Below, one piece after another: positions 9,479-21,000 of a DNA stretch of 64,000 bases; the stretch's first letter is position 1, and each line of letters opens with the position of its first letter. Both the position numbers and the translations under genes were made by a program. The stretch is from the NCBI GenBank assembly GCA_963702205.1, contig OY969724.1, positions 32,001 through 96,000 of the forward strand. Direction: 5' to 3'. The notes under the pieces were generated by a model. That model was given only the letters and a program-made list of their open reading frames with translations. It was not told the origin of the DNA and did not search any database. The DNA is from an uncultured candidate division Zixibacteria bacterium. GTDB taxonomy: Bacteria > Zixibacteria > MSB-5A5 > GN15 > PGXB01.

Positions 9479-11924
9479 ATGGCATATAAACGATTGATGA
9501 TATTTTTTTTGTCTGTTTTTTTAACGCCGGCTTATATTAATGCCCAAGTCCCCTCTCAGGCAGAGAAGGATCAGAAGTATGAGGAAGCCAAACAGGACGC
9601 GATGGGGATTTGTCCACCTATCAACCTGCTGGACGAAAATGGAAATATTATCAATCCGTTGGAAAATCCCAACGTAAGCAAGCCTTACAGTCCTAAAATG
9701 ACCTGCGGAAAATGTCATGACTACGACAAGATAACACAGGGTTACCATTTTCAACAGGGTAAAGGTGCTAAGATGACTGAGGATTACGCGCAGGCCTATC
9801 CCTGGGCAAAAAGCCCCGGGCAATACGGGGGTAGATGGTGAAGTCCGGGACCTGTTTTCCGCCAGTTGGCAGGGAAAAAGAACTCATCACCCCAGGAGAT
9901 CGACCTTACATCTTACACCTTTACAGCCCAGTGCAGTGTCTGCCATACCGGAGGCGGCCCTGCAGAATACTGACCGGAACGGAAACCGTTATGATCAGTT
10001 TGCAGCAGACCCGAAAAACGGGATAATTCCAGGCGGGACAAACAACCTTGACGGCGATTATTTCGAGTCAAAGTGGGCTGAAAGCGGGGTCCTTGAGGCT
10101 GACTGTCTCATATGCCACCTTAAAAGCTACGACATGGAAAAAAGAAACGCCCAGGTTAAGGAATTCAATTTTCGCTGGGCCGCTACGGCGGGTGCCGGAT
10201 TTGGAAAAGTAGAAGGCAGTATCTTAAAAGGCGAAACACCGAAGGTCATATATAATCCTTCCATGTTCCAAGAAGGCGGCAAGGTGGTTCTTCCGGTTAT
10301 CAGGGAGGTTCAAAATGGAAACTGCCTTTTTTGTCATCACGGGTCCGACTGGAAGAAACGCGGCAGTTCCTACAGTCACAGGACAGATGTGCATATCCGG
10401 GCCGGGCTGCGTTGCATCGACTGCCATTTGACCGGCCGGCATGCGGAAGATCCCAGGATTTATGGAAGGGAAGAACACCAGATAGGCAAAGGCGATGACC
10501 CGGGAGATTTTGACCGTGATGACCTGGATAATACCATGCGCAGCTGTGAGGACTGTCATGCAAATGGTATTCTAAATGCACCTGTCCCGCAGCATAAGGG
10601 CTTCCCGCCGGTTCATTTTGAAAAGATCGCCTGCCAGACCTGTCATATACCATGGCGCCAGGTGAGGGCCGCTCTCGTGCAGGATTCCTCTGTTTTCAAC
10701 GCGAGCCCCCGAATTGAACCGCCAGGTAAAAGAATCTGGAATTTTTACGGGCCGGATATAACACCATGGAATTATTACGGATTTGAAATTGGTTATCCGG
10801 AAGGGCTACAGCCGTTCTTCAAGTACAGGCCGGCACTTGGAAAGTACAAGGACAAGATCTATCCCCTTAACCGTGTTTATACGCTATGGACAGGGATAAA
10901 AACAAAAGGAGAAAAAGGGATCAACCAGCCATTCATGAAAGATATTTTTATGATGTGGAAAAATCATTCAGAGCATCCGGACACGACCTACCCTGAGTTG
11001 AGTATTATCAGCGATGACAACCGTGACGGGTTTCCTGAAGTTAACAGGCCTGAGGAGATCAAATCTCTACTGTCCTCGGTCACCTCTATGCTCAAACAAA
11101 AAGGGGTATCCATGAAGAATAAGACAGTCGTATTTGTGGACGGGGATCGTTACACAGCCGACGGAAACAAATGGATAAGCCTTCCTAAAAAGCCATATGA
11201 ATATTCTCCTTACGGCTCGGTCTTCAAATATTCCCACGACATCACCCCTGCCCGTAATGCACTGGGTGCCAAAGGGTGCGCCGACTGTCATGCCCTCAAA
11301 TCCACTTTTTTCGAGCAGCCCGTCATGACACAGCCGTTTGATGAAAATGGCAAACCCACCTATCGACCTAATGCTGAACTTCTCGGATTTTCATCAACAG
11401 CGGTATTTGCAAGTGGCTTCAGGCAGGAGATTTTAAAACCGATCCTTTTTTTCAGTATTCTGGCCGGTATATTGCTATTACTTATCATGCTTGTATGCGG
11501 AGATTGGGTAATCGGGCTCTCAAAATCGAAACCTTTTCCTTGGACACCCACCCAACGCCTGATGCTTGGTATCCTGGGTGTGGGTCTTCTTGGACCGTCT
11601 ATTATTGTCATCTTTGAATCACTACTACCCAGTAATGTTATAGGAATACTGGAAAACATCCATCGGTGGGCGGGAGTCGGTCTTGTCATTGCTACCCTCT
11701 GGCTGATGTTAAAAACAAGGGGTAAAAACACCGATAGTCTTTTCTGGACAGGCATTTTTTTAGTGGCATTTATGACATCAACAGGGGTCTTCCTTTGGGT
11801 AAGCAGCTCTGAAAACATACGGCAGATCCTTTATACCCTGCATGATGCCGGTGCCATTTGCGCAGGTTTTATAGCTCTTGTATCAATTATTTACTTTTTT
11901 TTACATAACAGGGCAGCCAAATGA
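9479..11924 (+). CDS. Probable selenocysteine-containing, membrane-anchored octaheme c-type cytochrome (UGA 9839-9841; one extra base near 9971)
   Basis: Signal peptide; frame stays open after the TGA and includes CSVCH; 8 CxxCH in total; SECIS-like hairpin; C-terminal TM helices; selA in window. Confidence 0.8.
9855..9878 (+). promoter_or_regulatory. Candidate bacterial SECIS element
   Basis: TTTTCC-GCC-[AGTT]-GGC-AG-GGAAAA; GU-containing apical loop begins 22 nt after the UGA. Confidence 0.65.
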
Positions 11925-12028
11925 TATAGGCAAAAAAAATAGTTTTGCGACAGATAATAGGCGACTCTTTTTTTATCATAGTATATTGATATATAGATTA
12001 TTACGTCTTCAATGGAGAAACTAGTCAA

Positions 12029-13141
12029 ATGAAAACGCTTGAACAAGACAAGGGCTCCTTCACAGCTCTCAACAAAGAATCGACAAGCCGGACAACGATC
12101 GTGAGCCATGCCGGCGTGACCGCCAAATACATTGCGCTCATCGTGCTGCTGCTGGCGGCGTGGTGGGTTATTTACCGGAACCTTCCGGCTTTTGCAGAAC
12201 ACGCAACGCGCATCATGTCAACACTGATGGGCTTTCAGGTCGACGGAAGACTGGGCGGCGTCGTTTCGTTTTTCATCTTCGAAGCGCCCAAAGTGCTGAT
12301 GCTGCTGGTCCTGGTGGTCTTCGGAGTTGGCATCGTTCGATCCTTTTTCACTCCCGAACGGACAAGAAACATTCTCGCCGGCCGACGTGAATCAATCGGC
12401 AACGTACTGGCGTCGATCCTCGGCATCGTGACCCCCTTCTGCTCCTGTTCAGCGGTGCCGCTTTTTCTGGGATTTGTGACTACGGGTGTTCCTCTTGGAG
12501 TGACATTCTCCTTCCTTATTGCTGCACCCATGGTCAACGAAGTGGCGCTGGTGCTTCTCTATGGGCTATTCGGCTGGGAGGTGGCGGCCATCTACCTGGG
12601 TATGGGTGTGTTGATCGCTATGGTCGCTGGATGGGTCATCGGCCGGCTGCACATGGAGCGGCATCTCGAAGAGTGGGTATTCCAGATCCAGGCGGGGCAG
12701 GCAGACCTGCCTGAAGGAAAGCAGAATTGGGCGGACCGGATGCGCTATGGATGGGATGCGGTTCGCGAAATCGTGGGAAAGGTCTGGATATATGTGATAT
12801 TGGGCATCGCTGTTGGTGCAGGCATCCACGGCTACGTGCCCGAAGGTGTTATGGCTTCGTTCATGGGAAAGTCCGCATGGTGGTCGGTGCCCCTGTCCGT
12901 GGTGATCGGCATTCCCATGTACTCCAACGCCGCTGGAATCATTCCCATCGTGCACGCCCTGATTGAGAAGGGGGCGGCGCTTGGCACGGTACTGGCGTTC
13001 ATGATGTCCGTCATCGCACTGTCGTTTCCCGAGATGGTCATACTGCGCAAGGTCCTCAAGCCGCGGTTGATCGCCACTTTTATTGGAGTGGTCGGAGCGG
13101 GCATCCTTTTGGTTGGATATCTGTTCAATTTTATTATGTAG
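12029..13141 (+). CDS. ArsP/DUF318-family permease
   Basis: TPFCSCS, APMVNE, GIPMYSN, ALSFPE motifs; lies in ars cluster. Confidence 0.88.
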   Translation: MKTLEQDKGSFTALNKESTSRTTIVSHAGVTAKYIALIVLLLAAWWVIYRNLPAFAEHATRIMSTLMGFQVDGRLGGVVSFFIFEAPKVLMLLVLVVFGVGIVRSFFTPERTRNILAGRRESIGNVLASILGIVTPFCSCSAVPLFLGFVTTGVPLGVTFSFLIAAPMVNEVALVLLYGLFGWEVAAIYLGMGVLIAMVAGWVIGRLHMERHLEEWVFQIQAGQADLPEGKQNWADRMRYGWDAVREIVGKVWIYVILGIAVGAGIHGYVPEGVMASFMGKSAWWSVPLSVVIGIPMYSNAAGIIPIVHALIEKGAALGTVLAFMMSVIALSFPEMVILRKVLKPRLIATFIGVVGAGILLVGYLFNFIM

Positions 13142-13227
13142 AGGAACCGGATGCCATGACACAAAAAACACAGGGCAGAAAATTTCAATAGAATATTCAA
13201 TAGAAACTCATTATTAAACAGGATACC

Positions 13228-13887
13228 TTGGAAACTGATTTAATCATTGAAATAGAACAGGTCTTGAAACCATTTTTTACTCATGCGCGATTTAAGACAC
13301 AAGAGTTTTTATGGCATGAGGGTGATCCGGGCAGTAAAATGATCTCGATAATCAAGGGAAAGGTCAGAATTTACCGTTCTCTCCCGGATGGAAAGCAGGC
13401 ATCAATATTCTTATTTGGTCCGGGAGAAACATTTGGTTTTTTACCTTTGATTGACAGATCACCATATCCAGCCAGTGCAGAAGTCATAGAAGATCTTGAA
13501 GCTCTGGTCATGACAAGGGAAAAACTGTATGAAGTGATGAGGCAGTATCCTGATGTTGCCGTGTTTTTACTTACACAACTGGCCAAAAAACTGCGCGGAG
13601 CGTTTGACCAGATTGAAATGCTTTCTACCCGGGGTATCCTGCCCCGTGTGGCTGCGGCTATTATCTCACTCACCAGTTCGTCCGATAGTAAAGTGCAAAC
13701 TGAAATAATAACACTTCCTGTCTCTTCACGTGAATATGCAGGTCTTTTAGGGCTTACGCCCGAAAGTTTTTCAAGGGGAATCACGAAACTTTCGGAAATG
13801 GGTATCATTCACAAGATAAAGGGAAATACATTCCAGGTACTTGACTATAACAGGCTGCTCAGCGAATCCAGACCGGAAAATCAGTAA
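13228..13887 (+). CDS. Crp/Fnr-family transcriptional regulator
   Basis: cNMP-binding-like domain (GPGETFG) and HTH GLTPESFSR; TTG start; no N-terminal Cys cluster. Confidence 0.9.
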   Translation: METDLIIEIEQVLKPFFTHARFKTQEFLWHEGDPGSKMISIIKGKVRIYRSLPDGKQASIFLFGPGETFGFLPLIDRSPYPASAEVIEDLEALVMTREKLYEVMRQYPDVAVFLLTQLAKKLRGAFDQIEMLSTRGILPRVAAAIISLTSSSDSKVQTEIITLPVSSREYAGLLGLTPESFSRGITKLSEMGIIHKIKGNTFQVLDYNRLLSESRPENQ

Positions 13888-13897
13888 AAGCTGACCA

Positions 13898-14043
13898 GTG
13901 TCCATCCGGAAAGATACAATTTCAGGACAGAGCTTACAGCAGTCAGCGTTCAGCGTTCAGCCAAGTCTTTAATTTTAATGCTTTAAGCTGATAGCTGAAG
14001 GCTGATGGCTTTCATCAAAAAACAAAGGTTTCCGGATAAACAC
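13898..14043. repeat. MITE-like element with internal inverted heptamer repeats
   Basis: Terminal IR GTGTCCATCCGGAAA / TTTCCGGATAAACAC (13/15); inside TCAGCGT repeats versus GCTGATA/GCTGAAG/GCTGATG. Confidence 0.6.
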
Positions 14044-14089
14044 CAATATTCTAAAATAGTTCAAACATTCTCTACTAAAGCACCCAAAA

Positions 14090-14103
14090 TTGATCGCGAT
14101 CAA
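14090..14103 (+). promoter_or_regulatory. FNR-type binding site
   Basis: TTGAT-CGCG-ATCAA is a perfect FNR consensus, 55 bp before the FmdE-family ATG, next to a Crp/Fnr gene. Confidence 0.8.
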
Positions 14104-14158
14104 TGCCTAATCCTTCATGGTGTTTTATATTTAAAGAAAAAATACAAAGGAGACAATC

Positions 14159-14767
14159 ATGGAAAATTTTAAAGAAATACTTGAAACGGGTATTAAATTT
14201 CACGGTCACAGGTGCCCGGCCATGCCAATGGGGCTCAAGGCAGGGCTCGCCGCTATGAAGATCCTTGGCGTGGAACGCGCAAAAGACAAGGAACTCTCAG
14301 TGATATCCGAAACAGGTAAAGGGCATGCAGCAGGCTGCTTTCTGGACGGCATCATGACAGCTACCGGATGCACATATGGCAAGTCGAATATCGAAAAACG
14401 TTATTACAACAAGATGGCCTTTACTCTAATTGATAATAAAACCGGTCGTGCAGTTCGGGTTTCCCTGAAACCCGACTTTTTTGAAATGGCACTCGCATCC
14501 CCCTTTGTACAACTGAGAAAGGCCGGCACTCCGCCGCAGGACATTGATCCCGAAATAGCCGATCCGCTCATTAACAGGGTCCTGGGGCTGGAAGACTCTC
14601 AGTTCCTCGATATCGGAGATATACACCCTGTTGATGTTAAAAAAGGGAAGGGAGTTTTCGATGCAAAAAGGTGTGAAGCCTGCGGCGAACTTACCTTTAT
14701 AAACAAGCTGCGTGTAAAGGATGACGGGTCCCTCCTGTGCATCCCATGCTCGGGCTATGACGAGTAA
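14159..14767 (+). CDS. FmdE-family metal-binding protein
   Basis: FHGHRCP, CFLDG, GCTYGK and C-terminal zinc finger CEAC...CIPC. Confidence 0.88.
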   Translation: MENFKEILETGIKFHGHRCPAMPMGLKAGLAAMKILGVERAKDKELSVISETGKGHAAGCFLDGIMTATGCTYGKSNIEKRYYNKMAFTLIDNKTGRAVRVSLKPDFFEMALASPFVQLRKAGTPPQDIDPEIADPLINRVLGLEDSQFLDIGDIHPVDVKKGKGVFDAKRCEACGELTFINKLRVKDDGSLLCIPCSGYDE

Positions 14768-14801
14768 TCAATCTTAATGAAACAGAAGGGGGGAACAGTT
14801 A

Positions 14802-15611
14802 ATGCCTATAGGAACCGAACAGATTATATTATTGTGCGCCGTCTTTTTCATCGTGTCAGTCGTATTTATGATGTTCGGCCAGGGAGGCGGTGCAGTCTAT
14901 GTGCCCATGCTCCTGGCCTTCGGGCTTCCTCTTTATACGTGTGCCGCTACAAGCCAGATGCTGATTATAGTAGCCACCGTCTCCGCCCTTCTTGTTTTCC
15001 ATAAGGCCGGATTCGTTGACTGGACCCTTGCCCTTATCGTGGAGCCGCCAACCAACCTTGGAGCCTTTTTCGGGGGATACCTTTCGCCTTATTTTCCTGT
15101 GACATTTTCCAAGCTTGCATTTGCCTGTATTATCCTTATCGGAGCTTACTTCATGATAAAGCCCATAGGAAACAGGAGGATGGGACCGGAAGTTAAAAAG
15201 GACAGATGGTTTTATATTAATCGAACCACTGGAAATGAATCATATACATTAAATCTTTTTTCCATAATACCGCTGATGATCCTTGCAGGCTTTGTGTCGG
15301 GTATGCTGGGTGTGGGTGGTGGCCTCATAAAGGTGCCTGTAATGGTACTCCTGGTGGGTGTCCCAATGAAGATAGCCGTAGGTTCATCAAGCCTGATGAT
15401 TGGTATTACAGCGATTACAGGCCTTCTAGGTCATGTAATAGCCGGGCATTTTGACCCGAAACTGGCCATGATCCTCGGAGGCGCAGTCCTGGTCGGCTCT
15501 CAGATTGGTGCAAGGCTGGGTGTCAGAATAGACAAGAAAGGTCATAAAAAATATTTTGGTATCCTGTTAATCTTTATCGCCTGCTGGATGGGCTATATGG
15601 CGTTTAAATAA
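14802..15611 (+). CDS. TauE/SafE-family (TSUP) exporter
   Basis: Duplicated G(Q/V)GGG..VP motifs, hydrophobic, GSQIGAR. Confidence 0.88.
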   Translation: MPIGTEQIILLCAVFFIVSVVFMMFGQGGGAVYVPMLLAFGLPLYTCAATSQMLIIVATVSALLVFHKAGFVDWTLALIVEPPTNLGAFFGGYLSPYFPVTFSKLAFACIILIGAYFMIKPIGNRRMGPEVKKDRWFYINRTTGNESYTLNLFSIIPLMILAGFVSGMLGVGGGLIKVPVMVLLVGVPMKIAVGSSSLMIGITAITGLLGHVIAGHFDPKLAMILGGAVLVGSQIGARLGVRIDKKGHKKYFGILLIFIACWMGYMAFK

Positions 15612-15721
15612 AACACATATGGCAGAGTATGAACAAAACAGAAAGCTGATCAGGATAAACAGCTTAATCTGCGATCCGTGACAGGTATTTCCACTGCCAA
15701 TAACCCTCAAGGAGTTTTGAG

Positions 15722-16996
15722 ATGAAGCGTCATTTTATTTTTATGGTTTTATGTGCATTCTGGAGTTCAAACTGCTTTGCCGTCAGTATCGATGATCTTC
15801 TGGATGCTGCAGCGCAGCAACCGGGTTATGAAGTCAGCGCTCTGGCCGTCCAGGAAAGCGATTTGCAAAAAGATCGCGCCACAGCCGCCTTGTTTCCGGA
15901 ACTCGGAGCCTTTAGTCGTTTCGAAAACTACAATTCGCCGACCAATCTTCGCCCAATGCCCCCTACAGAGGTCAATATACAGGCGGGAGAGTCGATTCCC
16001 TTTTCCCGTAATATCATCCGCTATGGGTTGAGCTTTGAGGCTCCTGTGTATGTCCGAAAGCTATATGTGCTGCGACAAAAAGCGATTCTGCTGCGGCAAA
16101 AGGCCGAAACCGATCGGCAATTGGACCTGATCGGTCGTCAGGCGACGGTGGTATCGCTTAACAGTGCTTTGGCTTATCTGCAGGCTCTCGAAGCAGCGAT
16201 CGATGCCCGCCGCGCGTCTCTCGGCAAAACACTTGAGGATATGTCCCTAAAGGTGAAAACCGGGAGATCCCCTGAATCAGAGCTTTTGAAAATTCAAAAG
16301 ACGATCAATGATCTGGATCAACAGCGCAATGAACTGGAGGTGAAACGTCTGGAAACGCTGCGGGAGATCAATACCCTGACAGGCATTAAAGTTTCTGCGG
16401 CGGCCGACATGAGCCTTATTCAACAGCCGATGGGGACCTCCTACCTGGCGGTTACTGCGGCCCAATACAATGCCGATGTCGCTGAAAAGGAAGTTGAGCA
16501 CACGCAGGCAGCCCGTTGGCCGGAGTTGTCTGTTAATGGTTATGTTTCCGGCAATGACGGAGAAGCGTACAACACAGACAGTCATATTTACAGGAGCTAT
16601 AACCAGATCGCCCTGGTTCTGAAGTTTCCCTTGTTCAACCGTACCCTGAAGAGCGACGAATCCATTGCCCGGGTTCAACTGGAGAAAGCGAAAAAATATC
16701 TGGAACAAACACGGCTCGACATGGAAGCGCTTTCCGAAACGCTGGCACAGAAAATCGTGGTCATCGAAAAATCCATCACACTGGCCGAAAATTCGATCAC
16801 TGACAGTGAAAAGCTACTGGCCGTCGCCCGTGTCTCGTTGCGCTCCGGGCGCATGACCACTGAGGATTATCTGCGCTATGAAAGTGATGTTCTGGCCGCT
16901 CAGGCAGCCCTTTGCCAGGCACGTCAGCAAAGGTGGCAGATAGTTGCTCAGCAGGCTGTGCTTTATGGAACAGATTTGAAAGGAGTCGTAAAATGA
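15722..16996 (+). CDS. TolC-family outer-membrane efflux protein
   Basis: Signal peptide, two helical repeats (FPEL/WPEL), precedes MFP and RND genes. Confidence 0.85.
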   Translation: MKRHFIFMVLCAFWSSNCFAVSIDDLLDAAAQQPGYEVSALAVQESDLQKDRATAALFPELGAFSRFENYNSPTNLRPMPPTEVNIQAGESIPFSRNIIRYGLSFEAPVYVRKLYVLRQKAILLRQKAETDRQLDLIGRQATVVSLNSALAYLQALEAAIDARRASLGKTLEDMSLKVKTGRSPESELLKIQKTINDLDQQRNELEVKRLETLREINTLTGIKVSAAADMSLIQQPMGTSYLAVTAAQYNADVAEKEVEHTQAARWPELSVNGYVSGNDGEAYNTDSHIYRSYNQIALVLKFPLFNRTLKSDESIARVQLEKAKKYLEQTRLDMEALSETLAQKIVVIEKSITLAENSITDSEKLLAVARVSLRSGRMTTEDYLRYESDVLAAQAALCQARQQRWQIVAQQAVLYGTDLKGVVK

Positions 16997-18048
16997 AAAA
17001 ACGCATTTTCACTATTTTAATTATTATACTTGTCGCTGCTGCCGGTCTGATGCTGCTACACAAAAGAAAAATCGACCTTTCCAAGGCGTCTCCGGCCCAG
17101 ATCCTGCCGGCGGTTGTTAAGACTATAGATATCAAGTCACAACCAGTCACCCTGACACTGCCGGCCATGGGCGTGGTTGCCTCAGACGTTTCTTCGGTGC
17201 TTTCCACCCGGATCAGCGGTCGAATTACCAAAATAATGAAGCGGGAAGGAGAAACTGTTCATGAGGGAGAATTGATCGCCCTGATCGATAATGCTGATCT
17301 TGAAGCCAAACGAAAATCATTACTGGCAAAACAGGAAGGAGTGAAAGCGGAAATCGAGGCCCTGCGGCAGGCTCATCAGCGTACCCTTGAACTGCTTAAA
17401 GTCGGAGGGGCGTCACTTGAGCAGAAACAGCAGGAAGAGGCTTCCATAGAACGCCTGGTCCGGGAACGGGAAAGCTTGATACAAAACGGGCAGGAGATCG
17501 AAGTATTATCCAGCTACGCCCGCATCGTCGCTCCGGTTTTCGGCACGCTGAGTCAGGTCCTGGTAAGCCCCGGTGATCTGGCTACTCCCGGCAAGCCTTT
17601 GTTTCGGATCGCATCAAAAAACGGTCTTTATCTGCAGCTTTCCCTGCCAGGTTCTGTTCATGCCTCAGAAATCATACTGCAGGGACATACCTTGCCCCTG
17701 ACCTCCAGGGAGCAGACCGCGAACACCGGACTGGTGCAGTATGTGGCTCCACTACCTCCAAGCACCGGGATGGTTGAGGGTGAGTACATAAATGTGAAGG
17801 TAGTCGTTTATCAAGGCAATGGCATGTTTATGCCTGTTGACGCCCTTCTGACCATGGATGGTTCTTCTTCGGTTTTTGTTCTGTCTCTCGACGGCAAGGC
17901 CGAACGTATACCCGTCACGATCAAAGCGCGCGGTGTTGAGGGCGTGACGGTCGAACAAAACCTGTCCGGCCGAAGGATAATCGTGGCCAAGCCTGATATC
18001 CTCTTACGGATCGCTGCGGGCGTCCCCGTGATAGCAATGAATTCCTAA
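16993..18048 (+). CDS. RND efflux periplasmic adaptor (MFP)
   Basis: N-terminal anchor, ISGRI...EGETV lipoyl half, coiled coil, IVAPVFG; AGGAG RBS. Confidence 0.88.
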   Translation: MKKRIFTILIIILVAAAGLMLLHKRKIDLSKASPAQILPAVVKTIDIKSQPVTLTLPAMGVVASDVSSVLSTRISGRITKIMKREGETVHEGELIALIDNADLEAKRKSLLAKQEGVKAEIEALRQAHQRTLELLKVGGASLEQKQQEEASIERLVRERESLIQNGQEIEVLSSYARIVAPVFGTLSQVLVSPGDLATPGKPLFRIASKNGLYLQLSLPGSVHASEIILQGHTLPLTSREQTANTGLVQYVAPLPPSTGMVEGEYINVKVVVYQGNGMFMPVDALLTMDGSSSVFVLSLDGKAERIPVTIKARGVEGVTVEQNLSGRRIIVAKPDILLRIAAGVPVIAMNS

Positions 18049-18059
18049 GGAGGCCAGTT

Positions 18060-21000
18060 ATGTTTGATTTTTTCCATAAGCGTCCCTACCTGCTATATAG
18101 CCTGATCGCCGGATTTTTCGTGCTGGGAGTTTACGGCCTGCTGGTGATGCCAAAGAATCTTTTTCCGGACAGCGACCGGCCGACGATCATCGTAGTGACT
18201 CAGGTCCCCGGCGCGACACCCGACGTGGTGGCTGCCACGGTTTCCAAGCCCATCGAGGAGGAAGTCTCCACCCTGTCGCAGATCCGACAGGTCAGTTCAG
18301 TTAATATTGCCGGCATGTCTATAGTCACGGCCGAGTTTGAGTACATCAAGGGGCTGGATCCGGCTGCTGTTGATGTCAACAACGCTATTAACAAAATGCG
18401 CGGCAAACTGCCCCGGGACGTCAATCCATCCATCTACACGGCCGGCTCACACATTCTGCCGGTAGATGTGTTCGCGCTGTCACCGGCCGGTGGTGGTCTT
18501 ACCCTGGGCGACGTACGCAAGATCGCAGAAAGCGATATCAAACCCGCTCTTCTGCGAAACCCTCAAGTTGGCAATGTGGAGATCTTCGGTGGATACCAAA
18601 GCGCCATCAGTATAAATGTCGATCCGTTCAGGGCAAAAGCAGCAGGATTGAGTCTGGATAAGATCTCAACGACGGTGCGCGCCCTGGACCGGGACGCCCC
18701 ATCGGATTCAGCAAGAATATGGATTCTTTTTATACGATCACCATTTATGGAGAAAAAGCAAGTGTCGAAGAACTAAGCATGCTGCCAGTGGCTCCCAACG
18801 TTCGCCTTGGCGATATAGCTGATATCAGGTGGGAGCACCAGACGCGCTTTTCCGGTTACTACGGCGACGGGAAGGCTGCCATCGCTATAGCGATCCAGCG
18901 TGCACCGGGCGGATCGGTACTGGACACAAGCAATGCCTGCCGCGCGGTTGTCGAAAATCTCAAACCACGCTATCCCAACATCCGCTTCGCACTCGCCGAC
19001 ACCCAGCGCACCCTGATCAAAACAGCCAACATCAATATGCTTGACGCGCTACGGGACGCCATTATTTTCACCCTTATTGTCATCCTCCTTTTTTTGGGCA
19101 ATCTGCGGGCTGTCGCCGCAGCCCTGATCTCTATTCCCATGGTGTTTTTTACTACTCTGGCCATCATCTGGATGACCGGCGGTGAGTTGAACATAGTCAT
19201 CTACACGGCCATCATCCTCGCCTTGGGAATGCTTGTGGATGACGCGGTCGTCGTCCTGGAAAACATCGAGCGCCATCTGGTGGATTTGAAGCAGGATCTG
19301 AATACGGCCATTATCTCCGGCACCAAGGAAGTGGTAGCGCCGGTTTTCGCCGGCACAGTGGCAACCGTGGCCATCATGTTCCCTTTCCTGTTTGCCGGTG
19401 ATTTTCCCCAGCAAATCTTCCGGCCTCTGATCTCCACGCTGATCATAGCCCTGGTGGTTTCCTATTTTCTTTCCATTACCTTCATTCCCGCCATCTCCTT
19501 TTTCCTTTACCGCAAGGGTGTTTCCAAGACTCGCTTCGAGCAGCTACTCGAGTATCTCTACGAGAAAAGCTTCGGACGCCTGGTAGGACCTTATCTGGCC
19601 ATCCTGCGGTTTTCCGCCAGGGGGCGCTCCGGCTGGCGGCGCATCCTGATGACCGTCGCTGTTGTCGCACTGCTGGCCTTCAGCCTCAAAAACATCATGC
19701 CGGTAATCGGCCGTGACCTGATGCCCCCCATGGATACAGGCATCATCAAGGCCCATGTCAAGTTTTCCGCCAACGAGCCGGTGGACGTAGCAGAAAAGCG
19801 TCTCAAACCCTTTATCGAATGGCTTCACCGACAGCCGGAAGTGGTCATGAGTTCAGTGAGTTACGGTTCCGAGCCAGGCGTGCTTTCCCTGGGATCGGGG
19901 TCACTGCCCGCAGAAGCGATGATGACGATTAATTGCGTGGATCGCTTCCACCGCAAAAAAAGTATATGGCAGATTGAGGATGAACTTCGTTCGCGTCTTT
20001 CGGAATTGCGAAACGTCAAGGCTGCCGACGTATATGACTTCGGCGCCACCCCACTGTCCAGTATCAAAGCCCCCGTCGACGTGCGCCTGATGGCTGAAGA
20101 CTACCATGTATTGCCGCAAGCGGCGCAAAAAGCCGCGAAGGCTCTCGGCTCGGTCAAGGGGTTGACTTCTGTAAACACCAGCTGGGACAATGATTTCACT
20201 GAGGCGCGGTTGAATGTCGACACCAACCGTGCCCTGGCATATGGCATGACCCCGGTGCAGATCGCCGCCCAGTTACCTCTGGCAGGTCTTCCTGTAGCAG
20301 TCAGCGCTAATATGGTCACTATGCAGAATCAGTTTGTGCGAATTTATTTTAACCGACCATTTGACGGCAACCCGGAACAGTTGCGCCTGATCCCGATACA
20401 GACGCCCAAGGGACCTGTGCCGCTTTCTGCCCTGGCGACAATAGAATACGGACTGACAGCCAACAAGATCGAGCGTAACCAGATGCTCTATTCCCTGGAC
20501 GTGTCGGGATATCGCTCCCGGCGTGCCATTTCCACCCTGACTGAAGACACCCAGTCAGCCCTGAAAAAGGCCGGCATCAAAGGTGTGAAAATCAGCCAGG
20601 AAGGTGATATCAAGCAGATGAAGGACTCTTTCACGCGGATGATCAAGTCTATCGGCATTGGCGTAATACTTCTGCTCATGGCGCTGGTGGCCATTTATCA
20701 GTCAGTGCGTATGGCTATCGTCATGGTCCTGGTGCTCCCGCTTGCAATGATCGGGGCTTCCTGGGGCATGCTTATCTTCAATAAACCAAGCTGCATGCCC
20801 AGCCTGGTAGGTATTTTGCTGCTCTTTGGCATCATCATCAAGAATTCGATTCTGCTGATCGATTTTTATCAGGAGTTTAGAAAAAAAGAAGAATCCCCCT
20901 TTGATGCGGCCCTGGAGAGTGTGAGGGTGCGATTCCGGCCGGTGTTCATGACCGCTTTTGGCACTATCGCCGGCATGATTCCCATCGCTTTCGAATGGGC

